Origin: a virus
Taxonomy: Duplodnaviria > Caudoviricetes
IMG/VR virus record: IMGVR_UViG_3300032332_000936
Span: 1-49,336 of that record
Direction: 5' to 3' (one strand)
DNA length: 49,336 nucleotides
The position numbers were made by a program, and so were the translations under genes. Position 1 is the stretch's first letter; the number at the start of each line of letters is the position of its first letter. Positions 31,065 to 41,101 of this stretch are shown piece after piece. Under the pieces are notes generated by a model. The model was not told where the DNA came from and did not search any database. It worked only from the letters and a program-made list of their open reading frames with translations.

Positions 31065-32318
31065 ATGGGAAAATTTAATCTATCAGAAGCCGCTAAAGAA
31101 GTTCTTGATGCATCTGTTGCATCGAAACGTGGCGGACAAGATAAACCAGCAAGATTACAAGCATCTGTTGCCTATGGCACAAAAGATGTTGGCAAGATTG
31201 GCGAGGATCCTGTGGACAATAACGCAGAAGCATTGCCTAATTATATTAAAGGTGTTCCTTCTGCCACACCTCCCGGTGCCACACCTCCTGTAGGTCAGCA
31301 GCCTAGACCACAATTATCACCACAACCCCAGCAATCTGCGGGTCGTAGTGATTTAGTTAATCCAGTTCAAGCATCTGCAAACGATTATGCATCTCTTAGA
31401 GACAGAGTTAAGGCAAAGTTAGCACCACAGACTTTCCAAGCAAATCCAGGTGCCACATTTCAATCTTACGGCGAAGAAACTGAAGTAGAAGATGAAGACG
31501 TTATTGAAGAAGCCGAAAAAGAAGAAGGTGGTCACGAAGATGCCGCACAAGATAAGAAAATGATGAAAGCTATGATGAAGAAAAAAATGAAAGAAGATAT
31601 GGATGCCTTAATGCAAGGTGAAAATCTTTCTGAAGAATTTGTATCTAAGGCCACAACAATTTTTGAAGCAGCAGTTAATGCTCGCGCAGAAGAAGTTATT
31701 TCTGAAGTAGAAGATGCGTTGCTTGAAGAATTCCAAGTTGCAGTAGAAAATATTAAAGAAGAAATGGCAGAAAAAGTTGACTCGTATCTCAACTATATGG
31801 TTGAAGAGTGGGTTAAAGAAAACGAACTTGCCATTGAAAAAGGACTTCGTGCTGAAATCGTTGAAGAGTTTATCGAAGGGTTGCGTGACTTATTTGTCGA
31901 ACATTATATTGACATTCCAAAAGAAAAAGTTGATATCGTTGACGAATTAGCAGAACACGTTAATGCACTTGAAGAAGCACTCAACGAAGAAATCAATCGT
32001 GGTGTTCAATTGATGCGCGAATTGAATGAACACAAAAAGCATGAAGCAATTTATGAAGCATGTGAGGGATTATCGCAGACGCAAGTAGAAAAATTAAAGA
32101 CACTCACAGAGGGTGTTGAATTCACTACTGAAGAAGAATTTGCAGAGAAAGTTGGTACATTGAAAGAAGCCTATTTCAAGTCAGACGTTAAAGTTGCAAG
32201 CAATTCTGCATTAGACGATGAACTTCTTGTTGAAGATGAAGAAGTCAAACCTGTAAGGTATGAGGACCCTTCGATGGAAGTTTATGCAAAAACAATTTCA
32301 AAAACTGTTATTAAATAA
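31065..32318 (+). CDS. gp22: Prohead core scaffold protein gp22
   Basis: Acidic coiled coil with LSEEF..KA.TIFEAAV and YLNYMVEEW..EN, plus synteny. Confidence 0.9.
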   Translation: MGKFNLSEAAKEVLDASVASKRGGQDKPARLQASVAYGTKDVGKIGEDPVDNNAEALPNYIKGVPSATPPGATPPVGQQPRPQLSPQPQQSAGRSDLVNPVQASANDYASLRDRVKAKLAPQTFQANPGATFQSYGEETEVEDEDVIEEAEKEEGGHEDAAQDKKMMKAMMKKKMKEDMDALMQGENLSEEFVSKATTIFEAAVNARAEEVISEVEDALLEEFQVAVENIKEEMAEKVDSYLNYMVEEWVKENELAIEKGLRAEIVEEFIEGLRDLFVEHYIDIPKEKVDIVDELAEHVNALEEALNEEINRGVQLMRELNEHKKHEAIYEACEGLSQTQVEKLKTLTEGVEFTTEEEFAEKVGTLKEAYFKSDVKVASNSALDDELLVEDEEVKPVRYEDPSMEVYAKTISKTVIK

Positions 32319-32344
32319 CATCTATTTCAAATTAGGAGACTAAA

Positions 32345-33664
32345 ATGTATTTAACTGAAGAGTTACAAAAGAAATGGGCACCTGTTCTGGAACATCCAGA
32401 ACTTGAAGCCATTAAGGATCCATACAAGCGTGCTGTTACAGCTCTTGTTTTGGAGAATCAACAACAAGCTATGCGTCAAGATGCTCAGGCACTTAACGAA
32501 GCACCTAGCGTTCCTGGTCCATCTAACGTCACTGGTGGTGTTTCGAACTTTGATCCAATCTTAATCAGTTTGGTTCGCCGTGCATTGCCTAACTTGATTG
32601 CTTATGACGTTGCTGGCGTTCAGCCAATGACAGGTCCTACAGGTCTTATCTTCGCAATGCGCGCTAGATACGACAACCAGGCAGGTACAGAAGCATTCTA
32701 CAACGAGGCAAACACAGTATTCTCTGGTAAAGGTAGTGGAATTTATGGCGGTTCGTTAGATACTGCAAATAACTTCTCTAATACCACAACCAACGGTACA
32801 ACAACAGGTACAGGATTACCAACAGTTAATGCTGAATTCTTAGGCGCAACTGACTATGGTACTGGCGCAAACGTGTTCCAACAGATGGCATTCTCTATTG
32901 AGAAAGTTACTGTTACTGCACAATCGCGTGCTCTTAAAGCTGAATACTCGTTAGAACTCGCACAAGACTTGAAAGCAATTCACGGTCTTGATGCTGAGAC
33001 AGAATTGTCGAATATTCTTTCTACAGAGATTCTTGCTGAAATCAACCGTGAAGTTATTCGTACAATCTATAACAACGCTGTTGTTGGTGCTCAGTACGGT
33101 ACTGTTACTGCTGGTCTTTTTGACTTAGACACAGACTCGAACGGTCGTTGGTCAGTTGAGCGTTTCAAAGGGTTGATCTTCCAAATCGAGCGTGATGCAA
33201 ACGTCATTGCAAAACAGACTCGTCGCGGTAAAGGTAATGTGTTGATTGTTTCTTCTGACGTTGCTTCTGCAATGGCAATGGCTGGAGTTCTTCAGTACAC
33301 ACCTGCACTTTCGGCGGATCTTCAAGTTGATGACACAGGCAATACCTTCTGCGGTTTATTGCATGGACGCATCAAAGTGTATATCGACCCATACTTCGGC
33401 GGTTATGTCAGCAATCAAGAACTTGTCACAGTTGGTTATAAAGGTTCTTCGCCTTATGACGCTGGATTGTTCTATTGCCCATACGTTCCTTTACAAATGG
33501 TTCGTGCAGTTGACCAGTTCACATTCCAACCAAAAATTGGATTCAAGACTCGTTACGGCATGGTCTCTAATCCATTTGCACAAGGACTTGGCGCCGGTAG
33601 CGGTGCATTGACTGCTCGTTCAAATGTTTATTATCGCCTCTTTGGTGTTAGAAACTTAATGTAA
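32345..33664 (+). CDS. gp23: Major capsid protein gp23
   Basis: GVQPMTGPTGLIFAMR, SRALKAEYSLELAQDLKAIHGLDAE and FYCPYVPL. Confidence 0.98.
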   Translation: MYLTEELQKKWAPVLEHPELEAIKDPYKRAVTALVLENQQQAMRQDAQALNEAPSVPGPSNVTGGVSNFDPILISLVRRALPNLIAYDVAGVQPMTGPTGLIFAMRARYDNQAGTEAFYNEANTVFSGKGSGIYGGSLDTANNFSNTTTNGTTTGTGLPTVNAEFLGATDYGTGANVFQQMAFSIEKVTVTAQSRALKAEYSLELAQDLKAIHGLDAETELSNILSTEILAEINREVIRTIYNNAVVGAQYGTVTAGLFDLDTDSNGRWSVERFKGLIFQIERDANVIAKQTRRGKGNVLIVSSDVASAMAMAGVLQYTPALSADLQVDDTGNTFCGLLHGRIKVYIDPYFGGYVSNQELVTVGYKGSSPYDAGLFYCPYVPLQMVRAVDQFTFQPKIGFKTRYGMVSNPFAQGLGAGSGALTARSNVYYRLFGVRNLM

Positions 33665-33692
33665 TTTGATGAAATCACCATAGAGTGATATT

Positions 33693-33722
33693 AAAGAGGA
33701 GCAGAAATGTTCCTCTTTTTTT
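33693..33722 (+). terminator. Rho-independent terminator after gp23
   Basis: AAAGAGGAGCA-GAAA-TGTTCCTCTTT followed by a T-tract. Confidence 0.85.
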
Positions 33723-33778
33723 GTTCTTTAGTTGTATTACATTTTGATTAAAGTAATTTTTTAAAAGGAGTAAGTACC

Positions 33779-34105
33779 ATGGCACATACAGTAACGGTAT
33801 CTATCGTAACAGAACAGCGTGAGTTTGAAAGCAATGTTGTTTCTGGCGGAATTCGGGTTAGTCTAGGTTATTCTCGCGTTCAATACTTATCAGCTGCACC
33901 ATACGATGTAGTTTTCGCTAATGTTGAAGCTGGTGATTATGTTATCAATGTAGCAGCAGTTGATAATAATGGATTAGTTTTAGGAGAAGCGATCACAGGA
34001 TCGGTTTCAATTGCAGCAGATGTTGCAGAACCAGAAGTTAAAGAGGTTGTTTTACCGAATGTCATCATTGATGTACCAACTTCGTTGTCGGTTACAGTTT
34101 CGTAA
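33779..34105 (+). CDS. Small Val-rich beta-sandwich-like protein (possible capsid decoration)
   Basis: AGGAG SD. FANVEAGDYVINVAAVD resembles Ig/FN3 strands. Follows the major capsid gene. Confidence 0.55.
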   Translation: MAHTVTVSIVTEQREFESNVVSGGIRVSLGYSRVQYLSAAPYDVVFANVEAGDYVINVAAVDNNGLVLGEAITGSVSIAADVAEPEVKEVVLPNVIIDVPTSLSVTVS

Positions 34106-34107
34106 TA

Positions 34108-34200
34108 ATGATTATTGAATTCGTTAAATGGTTTTTCAGTTGGTTTTTTCCTAAAAAAAATAAAATTGATATACCAGTTGCATTAAAAGTAAAATTTTAA
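34108..34200 (+). CDS. Putative 30-aa peptide MIIEFVKWFFSWFFPKKNKIDIPVALKVKF
   Basis: Starts 2 nt after the upstream stop and ends just before a terminator. Not in the ORF track. Confidence 0.45.
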   Translation: MIIEFVKWFFSWFFPKKNKIDIPVALKVKF

Positions 34201-34203
34201 TTT

Positions 34204-34229
34204 AAGAGGATCTTTTGATCCTCTTTTTT
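34204..34229 (+). terminator. Rho-independent terminator
   Basis: AAGAGGATC-TTTT-GATCCTCTT followed by TTTT. Confidence 0.85.
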
Positions 34230-34249
34230 GTAGTAAACTAAATACAAGT

Positions 34250-34786
34250 ATGACAGTACTTACACGAACCCCGGAAACCACAGACTTACTACAACCCACA
34301 AAGTATCTATTAACTTTTGATAGAATACCTACGGTACAGTATTTTTGTCAAGAAGCAAACTTGCCAGACATTAGTATTGGACAAGCAGAATTTGCTACGC
34401 CCATTTTAAATTTAAATTTTCCGGGTACCAAAATTACATACAGTTCATTTGATATTACTTTTATTGTTGATGAAGCATTATCAGGTTGGAATGAATTGTA
34501 TAAATGGTTTCGATCTATTGCTTCACCAGAATCGACAGATGAAAGAAAAGAACTATCAGAATTGCAAAAAATGTATGCGCAAAGAAATAGAAAATATAAA
34601 TTTCAATCTGATGGTCATCTAACATTACTTACAAACCTTAATAATATCAATGTTAGAATACAATTTTTTAACATGTTTCCAACGTCTTTATCTGGCATAT
34701 CTTTTGACACCAAACTGTCGGCAGAAGACGTTATAACCTGTAGGGCATCATTCACTTACGATTATTTCAATATAGAACCACTATAA
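34250..34786 (+). CDS. gp3: Tail completion/sheath stabilizer gp3-like
   Basis: LQPTKY, YFCQEANLP, FIVDE...W.E.YKW, MFPTSLS and ASFTY. ACTAAATA upstream. Confidence 0.8.
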   Translation: MTVLTRTPETTDLLQPTKYLLTFDRIPTVQYFCQEANLPDISIGQAEFATPILNLNFPGTKITYSSFDITFIVDEALSGWNELYKWFRSIASPESTDERKELSELQKMYAQRNRKYKFQSDGHLTLLTNLNNINVRIQFFNMFPTSLSGISFDTKLSAEDVITCRASFTYDYFNIEPL

Positions 34787-34789
34787 ATA
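34782..34789 (+). promoter_or_regulatory. T4 late promoter TATAAATA upstream of uvsY/uvsW
   Basis: Exact consensus overlapping the gp3 stop. Confidence 0.65.
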
Positions 34790-34813
34790 TTTCACCTTGA
34801 CTATACATATATT

Positions 34814-35248
34814 ATGGAAAATATCGAACAAATACTCAATCATTGGGAAAAAGATTCTGTTGTAGATTCGACAGAACCCGGAAAAGAACTTATCCGTATA
34901 CCCATTTTACACAACAAATACCTTACAATTTTAATCAAACATAAATTGGCATCTAAAAAGGCCAACTTTGATTATCTTCGCATGAAAAAAGTAAAATGGG
35001 AATATTACAATGGAAAACTCTCAAGAGAAGAGTTAGAAGAACACGGGTGGGAACAATTCAAGTTTACACTAAAATCTGATATTACCACATATTTGGAATC
35101 AGATAATGATCTAATTCGTTTACTTGAAAAAAAAATCTATCATGAAGAAGTTATCACAATGATTGAATCTATCATGAAAGAATTGAATTCTAGAACTTAT
35201 CAGTTAAAAGATTTCATTGCATGGGAAAAATTTATCAATGGCAACTAA
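34814..35248 (+). CDS. uvsY: Recombination mediator UvsY
   Basis: WEKDS, IPILHNKYL, KWEYYNGK and R.YQLK..I.W.KF. Confidence 0.88.
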   Translation: MENIEQILNHWEKDSVVDSTEPGKELIRIPILHNKYLTILIKHKLASKKANFDYLRMKKVKWEYYNGKLSREELEEHGWEQFKFTLKSDITTYLESDNDLIRLLEKKIYHEEVITMIESIMKELNSRTYQLKDFIAWEKFINGN

Positions 35249-36743
35249 TCTGGTAATTTCAAAAAAAAATGAAGTATACTTAAAGATAGAATGTGAAAAA
35301 CATATTTCACAAGAACTATCTGAATACTTTACCTTTTTTGTACCAGGGCATCAGTTTGTTCCTGCGTTTCGTAAGAAGATTTGGGATGGCAAAATTCGTT
35401 TATGGAACATGAGTTCTTCACAAATTTATTACGGTCTGATAAATTATGTTAAAGAATTCTGTGCAGAGAGAAATTACACATTCTCTTTTGATGATCCTAA
35501 ACTAGAAACGGAAGATGAATTTAGTATATTCGAAGCACAGAAATTCGCACATAATGTGAATTTGCACTCTTCTAATGTACCAATAGAGATACGAGAACAC
35601 CAGATTAATGCATTTGTACACGCAATGCAAAGTCGCCGTGCATTACTTTTGTCACCTACTGCGTCAGGCAAATCACTCATTATCTACCTATTGGTCAGAC
35701 AGTTTCTATCTTTTCAAAATCTTAGAGGTTTGATTATTGTACCAACAACATCATTGGTCGAACAACTCTATTCAGACTTTGCAGATTATTCTTCTCATAA
35801 TGGGTTTTATGTTGATCAATATATACATAGAGTGTATCAGGGAAAAGATAAAGTTTCAGATAAGAAATTAATTATCTCAACTTGGCAATCTTTATATCAA
35901 ATGCCCAAGGAATATTTTCAGCAATTTGATTACATTATAGGTGATGAAGCACACCTATTTAAAGCACAATCTTTGACAACAATATTAACATCATGTACCA
36001 ATACAAAATATCGTATTGGTTTAACTGGTACTTTAGACGGAACAAAAACACATAAACTTGTACTAGAAGGATTATTTGGCGCAGTCAAAAAGGTAATAAC
36101 GACTAAAGAATTAATTGACAAAAAACAAGTTTCTAACTTTGAAATAAAGTGTTTAGTTTTAAGACATCCAGATGAAAAATGTGCGGAGATTTCAAACAAA
36201 AATTATCAAGAAGAGATTCAGTACTTAGTCGAATGCCATGAAAGAAATAAATTCATTAAAAATTTAACTATAAGTATGAATAGGAATACATTGGTTCTTT
36301 TCCAATTAGTTGACAAACATGGTAAAAACCTTTATAATATGATTAAAGATTCTGAAAGAATCGGTGATAGGAAAGTCTTTTTTGTTTATGGTGGTACGGA
36401 AACAAAAGACAGAGAAGATATAAGAAGTATAATGGAAAAGGAAACAAATGCGATAGTTGTGGCATCATTTGGCACTTTTAGTACGGGCATCAATATTAAA
36501 AACCTACACAACATTATATTCGCTTCTCCGTCAAAGTCAAGAGTTAGAAATTTACAAAGTATTGGTAGAGGACTAAGACAATCAGAAGGCAAAGAAATAG
36601 CTACACTATATGATATTGCTGATGATCTTGTTCACAAAAAACAAATGAATTATACACTTAGGCATTTTGTGGAAAGGGTAAAAATATATACAGAAGAAAA
36701 ATTTACATTTAAAATCTACAAAATAGGATTAAAAAATGAATGA
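35238..36743 (+). CDS. uvsW: SF2 DNA helicase UvsW
   Basis: WDGKIRL, SPTASGKS, DEAH, GLTGT and QSIGRGLR. Confidence 0.95.
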   Translation: MATNLVISKKNEVYLKIECEKHISQELSEYFTFFVPGHQFVPAFRKKIWDGKIRLWNMSSSQIYYGLINYVKEFCAERNYTFSFDDPKLETEDEFSIFEAQKFAHNVNLHSSNVPIEIREHQINAFVHAMQSRRALLLSPTASGKSLIIYLLVRQFLSFQNLRGLIIVPTTSLVEQLYSDFADYSSHNGFYVDQYIHRVYQGKDKVSDKKLIISTWQSLYQMPKEYFQQFDYIIGDEAHLFKAQSLTTILTSCTNTKYRIGLTGTLDGTKTHKLVLEGLFGAVKKVITTKELIDKKQVSNFEIKCLVLRHPDEKCAEISNKNYQEEIQYLVECHERNKFIKNLTISMNRNTLVLFQLVDKHGKNLYNMIKDSERIGDRKVFFVYGGTETKDREDIRSIMEKETNAIVVASFGTFSTGINIKNLHNIIFASPSKSRVRNLQSIGRGLRQSEGKEIATLYDIADDLVHKKQMNYTLRHFVERVKIYTEEKFTFKIYKIGLKNE

Positions 36744-37116
36744 TGTAAAAATAATAAGATTAAAAACCGGTAACGATGTTATAGGGTTTGTAACCGAAAA
36801 ACTTGATGGATCATTATTCATTATGGAACCTATGGAAATTACCATACACACAGAAGGTAGATATTCTGGTTTGATATTGAAAAACTGGTTGCCTGCCAGA
36901 TTAATTAAGTTGAATGAGGCAACCATCAAAACAGAAAACATCATCTGCATTATGGAAGCAAATGAAGAATTTTCAAAATACTATAGTAACTCGGTAAGTG
37001 TCTTCAACGAGAGAATGAAGTTAAAAGACACCATGTCTAAAATGAAAGAAGAAGAAGTAGATGCGATGATGGAAGCTTATAATGAACTATCATCGGAAGA
37101 ACATATAATACATTAA
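36736..37116 (+). CDS. Conserved T4-like hypothetical protein (Sm-like N-terminus)
   Basis: KIIRLKTGNDVIG motif, in its usual position between uvsW and gp55. Confidence 0.65.
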   Translation: MNDVKIIRLKTGNDVIGFVTEKLDGSLFIMEPMEITIHTEGRYSGLILKNWLPARLIKLNEATIKTENIICIMEANEEFSKYYSNSVSVFNERMKLKDTMSKMKEEEVDAMMEAYNELSSEEHIIH

Positions 37117-37186
37117 CTTTAAACCAGGACATAGATAACTTTACACGTTGTCAAGCGAAATGTCAACAACTTTTATGGTAAACAAT

Positions 37187-37729
37187 ATGGCAAAACAAAA
37201 ACATTACATAAACAATGAGGATTTTCTCAAGGCATTGACAGAATATAAACTAGCATGCCAGACCGCAGAAAAACAAAACAAACCTGCTCCTGCCATTCCC
37301 AACTACATTGGCGAATGTTTTATGAAGATATCTGAAGGGTTATCTCATAAACCTAATTTTATCAATTACACTTATCGTGATGAAATGATTTCTGACGGCA
37401 TTGAAAATTGTTTAATGTATTTCAATAATTTTGATCCTGAGAAATCAAAAAATCCATTTGCCTATTTCACACAAATCATATATTATGCTTTTCTGCGAAG
37501 GATTCAAAAAGAAAAGAAGTACCTATATGTCAAGTACAAATCTACCGAACAAAATGGTATATTGGATGAATTTGATATGCTTGATATGGAAAATGGTACG
37601 GTAAAGCAATTTGAATTGTATGATAACATCTCCGAGTTCATAGAAAATTTTGAAGATGTTCAAAAGAAAAAGAAAGAAACTAAAAAGATTGTACCTAAAC
37701 TGAAAGGGTTAGAACAATTTATGGAGTAA
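37187..37729 (+). CDS. gp55: Late transcription sigma factor gp55
   Basis: HYINN, NYIGECFMKI, PNFINYTY..EMISDGIE and NPFAYFTQI..AF.RRI.KE. Confidence 0.93.
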   Translation: MAKQKHYINNEDFLKALTEYKLACQTAEKQNKPAPAIPNYIGECFMKISEGLSHKPNFINYTYRDEMISDGIENCLMYFNNFDPEKSKNPFAYFTQIIYYAFLRRIQKEKKYLYVKYKSTEQNGILDEFDMLDMENGTVKQFELYDNISEFIENFEDVQKKKKETKKIVPKLKGLEQFME

Positions 37730-37731
37730 AT

Positions 37732-38799
37732 ATGAAAGTAGCGTTAATAACTGACCAGCATTTTGGCGGAAGAAATGACTCGTTGCATTTTCTAGATTAT
37801 TATGATAAGTTTTACACAGAGACATTTTTTCCTACAATTGATCAAAATAATATCAACACAGTTTTTATACTTGGTGACACTTTTGACCGTAGAAAATATA
37901 TTAATTTTTATTCTTTGAAACGCACTAAAGAAATGTTTTTTGATCCTCTGCATAAAAGAGGTATCAATGTTCAAATGTTAGCTGGAAATCATGATACATA
38001 TTTTAAGAATACGAACAATGTCAATTCGATTGATTTGTTGTTGGGTGAATATGATAATATTAATGTGATTGATTCACCTAAAACAATTTATGTTGACCCA
38101 GTACACATCTGTATGATCCCTTGGATTTGTGCAGAAAATTATAATGATTCAATTAAACAAATTGAAAATACACAAGCAGATATTTGTATGGGTCATTTTG
38201 AAATTGAAGGGTTCGTTATGCACCGAGGTGCAATTTGCGAAGATGGTTTAGATAGAAATATTTTCAAACACTTCGATACAGTTTTTTCTGGACATTATCA
38301 TCATAAATCAAAACAGAATAATATACAATATTTGGGTAATCCATACGAGATGACTTGGATCGACTATGGTGATGAAAGAGGATTTCATTTATTTGATTTG
38401 AAAACAAAAGAATTGGAGTTTATTAAAAATCCAAATATCATGTTTCATAAAATAAAATATGATGATAAGAATGAAACAATAACTGAGATAACCGGTAAAG
38501 ATTTGAAAAAATATACAAGTAAATATGTTAAAGTTATTGTGGAAAATAAAACCAATCCTCATCTATTTGACAGGTTTCTAAACAACCTGTATGATGTAAA
38601 TCCTATTGATATCAATATCGTGGAAGATTTTACCGAAACTTTTGAGTCCAGTTTGGATGAAGTCGATCAAGCGGAAGATACCATTACTATAATTAATAAG
38701 TATATTGACGGTATGAATTCTGATAGTATCGACAATTCCAAATTAAAAATTGTAATGAGAAAACTTTATTCTGAAGCCTTAAATACCGAACAAGTATGA
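37732..38799 (+). CDS. gp47: Recombination endonuclease subunit gp47 (Mre11/SbcD-like)
   Basis: ITDQHFG, LGDTFD, GNHD and SGHYH metallophosphoesterase motifs. Confidence 0.94.
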   Translation: MKVALITDQHFGGRNDSLHFLDYYDKFYTETFFPTIDQNNINTVFILGDTFDRRKYINFYSLKRTKEMFFDPLHKRGINVQMLAGNHDTYFKNTNNVNSIDLLLGEYDNINVIDSPKTIYVDPVHICMIPWICAENYNDSIKQIENTQADICMGHFEIEGFVMHRGAICEDGLDRNIFKHFDTVFSGHYHHKSKQNNIQYLGNPYEMTWIDYGDERGFHLFDLKTKELEFIKNPNIMFHKIKYDDKNETITEITGKDLKKYTSKYVKVIVENKTNPHLFDRFLNNLYDVNPIDINIVEDFTETFESSLDEVDQAEDTITIINKYIDGMNSDSIDNSKLKIVMRKLYSEALNTEQV

Positions 38800-40511
38800 T
38801 AAAATTTGAAAAAGTCCGGTGGAAAAATATACTTTCCACTGGCAACGTATTTACTGAAATTGACCTTTGTAGGTCCACAAACACTTTGATTATTGGCAGC
38901 AATGGTGCAGGTAAATCTACTATTCTAGATGCACTTTGTTTTGGTCTTTTCGGTAAACCTTTTCGTAAAATCAATAAACCAAATTTATTGAACTCAATCA
39001 ATCAATCTCACGGTGTTGTTGAGGTTGAATTTACTATTGGTAAAAAAAGTTATAAAGTTGTTCGCGGTATTAAACCAAATTTATTTGAAATCTATTGTAA
39101 CAATGATCTCTTGAACCAAGATTCGAAGTCAAAAGATTATCAAGAACAATTAGAAAAAAGTATATTGAAATTAAATTTCAAATCTTTCACACAAGTTGTT
39201 ATATTGGGATCAGCATCATTTGTTCCGTTTATGCAACTATCTCCAGCAGATCGCCGGGCCATTATTGAAGACCTTTTAGATATTCAAATCTTTTCTTCGA
39301 TGAATGCAATTTTAAAAGAGAAATTTTCAGAACTGAAGGAAGTCACATCAAAAAACAAATATAATATTGATTTGACAGAAGAAAAAATTGAATTGCAGAA
39401 ACATAATATTGAAGAACACAAAAAACATAACGATATTGAAATTAAAAAGAAAGAAGATGAAATCACAGAAAGTGAAAAAGAAATAGAATCATGTGAAAAT
39501 CAAATCAATAACATTCAAAGTAATATTGAAATTTTGTTAAAGTCTATTGACGATAAAACTCCAACTGAAAAGAAGATAAGTAAATTGAATCAGTTAGAAT
39601 CTAAAATGGACGATAACATAAAAAAGAACAAAAAGGATATTTCATTCTATGAACAAAATGACAACTGCCCAACCTGTAAACAAGGAATCGGAGAAGAATT
39701 CCGAAACAATCAAATCTCTGAAATCGAGAAAAAAATCGATACTCAACAAAAAGGGCTTGAACAAATTAAGGAGGAAATTGTTAAACTCGACAACAGAATG
39801 AAAGATATACAAAAAATAAATTCTGAAATATATAAAAATAACAATGAAATAATACAAAATAATTCTACGATTAAATCTTTAAATGAATTTATCAAAAAAC
39901 TTAAAAACCAAATAAGTGACCTTTCAAATAAAAAGAATAATTTGGAAGATGATAATTCAAAACTAAAGAAATTAAAAGAAGAACTGGAAGCTTTGATTTC
40001 TGAACAACAAGAATTGACTATCGAAAAACAATATTATGAATATGCATCTACTTTGTTAAAAGATAACGGAATTAAAACCAAAATCATCAAACAATATTTG
40101 CCTATCATGAATAAATTGATTAATAAGTATTTGACGGCGATGGACTTTTTTGTCAACTTTAATATTAATGAGAACTTTGAAGAAACGATTAAATCAAGAC
40201 ATAGAGATGAGTTTAGTTACGATAACTTTTCGGAAGGTGAAAAGATGCGTATCGATTTGGCATTGTTGTTTACATGGCGACAAATTGCTAAATTAAAAAA
40301 CTCGACAAATACAAACCTATTAATTTTAGATGAAGTATTTGATTCTAGTCTTGATTCTGTTGGTACAGAAGAATTTTTAAAACTGATGGGTGAGATGGGA
40401 TCAGAAACAAACATATTTGTTATCTCACACAAAGGCGACCAACTGTTTGATAAATTTAGAAGTGTAATTAGATTTCAAAAGAAAAATAACTTTTCTGAGG
40501 TGGTGCGATGA
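38796..40511 (+). CDS. gp46: Recombination ATPase gp46 (Rad50/SbcC-like)
   Basis: GSNGAGKS, CPTC zinc hook, FSEGEK, LDEVFD and ISH. Confidence 0.95.
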   Translation: MIKFEKVRWKNILSTGNVFTEIDLCRSTNTLIIGSNGAGKSTILDALCFGLFGKPFRKINKPNLLNSINQSHGVVEVEFTIGKKSYKVVRGIKPNLFEIYCNNDLLNQDSKSKDYQEQLEKSILKLNFKSFTQVVILGSASFVPFMQLSPADRRAIIEDLLDIQIFSSMNAILKEKFSELKEVTSKNKYNIDLTEEKIELQKHNIEEHKKHNDIEIKKKEDEITESEKEIESCENQINNIQSNIEILLKSIDDKTPTEKKISKLNQLESKMDDNIKKNKKDISFYEQNDNCPTCKQGIGEEFRNNQISEIEKKIDTQQKGLEQIKEEIVKLDNRMKDIQKINSEIYKNNNEIIQNNSTIKSLNEFIKKLKNQISDLSNKKNNLEDDNSKLKKLKEELEALISEQQELTIEKQYYEYASTLLKDNGIKTKIIKQYLPIMNKLINKYLTAMDFFVNFNINENFEETIKSRHRDEFSYDNFSEGEKMRIDLALLFTWRQIAKLKNSTNTNLLILDEVFDSSLDSVGTEEFLKLMGEMGSETNIFVISHKGDQLFDKFRSVIRFQKKNNFSEVVR

Positions 40512-41101
40512 GTAATATATTAGTTTTTGATACACAAAAAGAAGGGTATGGATTAGAACCTCCAAAACCTCCAAAAATTATTAATTTTAAGTTGGTAGAA
40601 AAAGAACATCCGGCATTGAGAGAAGTTTTGTCCGAATTTGATTTTACTAATCCTCCAGTTAATCCAAATGCATTTGCTTCTGCACTTGTTGAAACTTGTA
40701 AAACAGAAAATGGATTTGGGTTATCTGCAAATCAATGTGGTTTTAAACATAGAGTTTTTGTTATGGGTGCAAAAGAACAATATGTGGCATTTTTCAATCC
40801 AAAAATAATTTGGCAGTCCGAACAAAAAGTTAAAATGGTGGAAGGGTGTTTGAGTTTTCCTTTATTGGCATTAACTATTGAAAGACCGGAAACTATAGAA
40901 GCAGAATATCAAGATTTTAACGGTGTGAAAAGGGTGGTAAAACTAAATGGTCTTTCTGCACGTTGTTTTCAACACGAACTTGACCACATGAACGGAATAC
41001 TGTATACTAGTAGGATCGGATCCGTCAGTCTTAAAATGGCTATGGAAAAAAAGAAAAAAATTATGCGAATGATGAAGGCAAAAAATGGCAACACCGGTTG
41101 A
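40508..41101 (+). CDS. def: Peptide deformylase
   Basis: GFGLSANQ, EGCLS and QHELDH motifs. Confidence 0.93.
   Translation: MSNILVFDTQKEGYGLEPPKPPKIINFKLVEKEHPALREVLSEFDFTNPPVNPNAFASALVETCKTENGFGLSANQCGFKHRVFVMGAKEQYVAFFNPKIIWQSEQKVKMVEGCLSFPLLALTIERPETIEAEYQDFNGVKRVVKLNGLSARCFQHELDHMNGILYTSRIGSVSLKMAMEKKKKIMRMMKAKNGNTG

Noticed and set aside
37148-37186. TTG-start N-terminal extension of gp55
   Set aside because: Recognisable gp55 sequence begins at MAKQKHY (ATG 37187), and the upstream segment looks regulatory.
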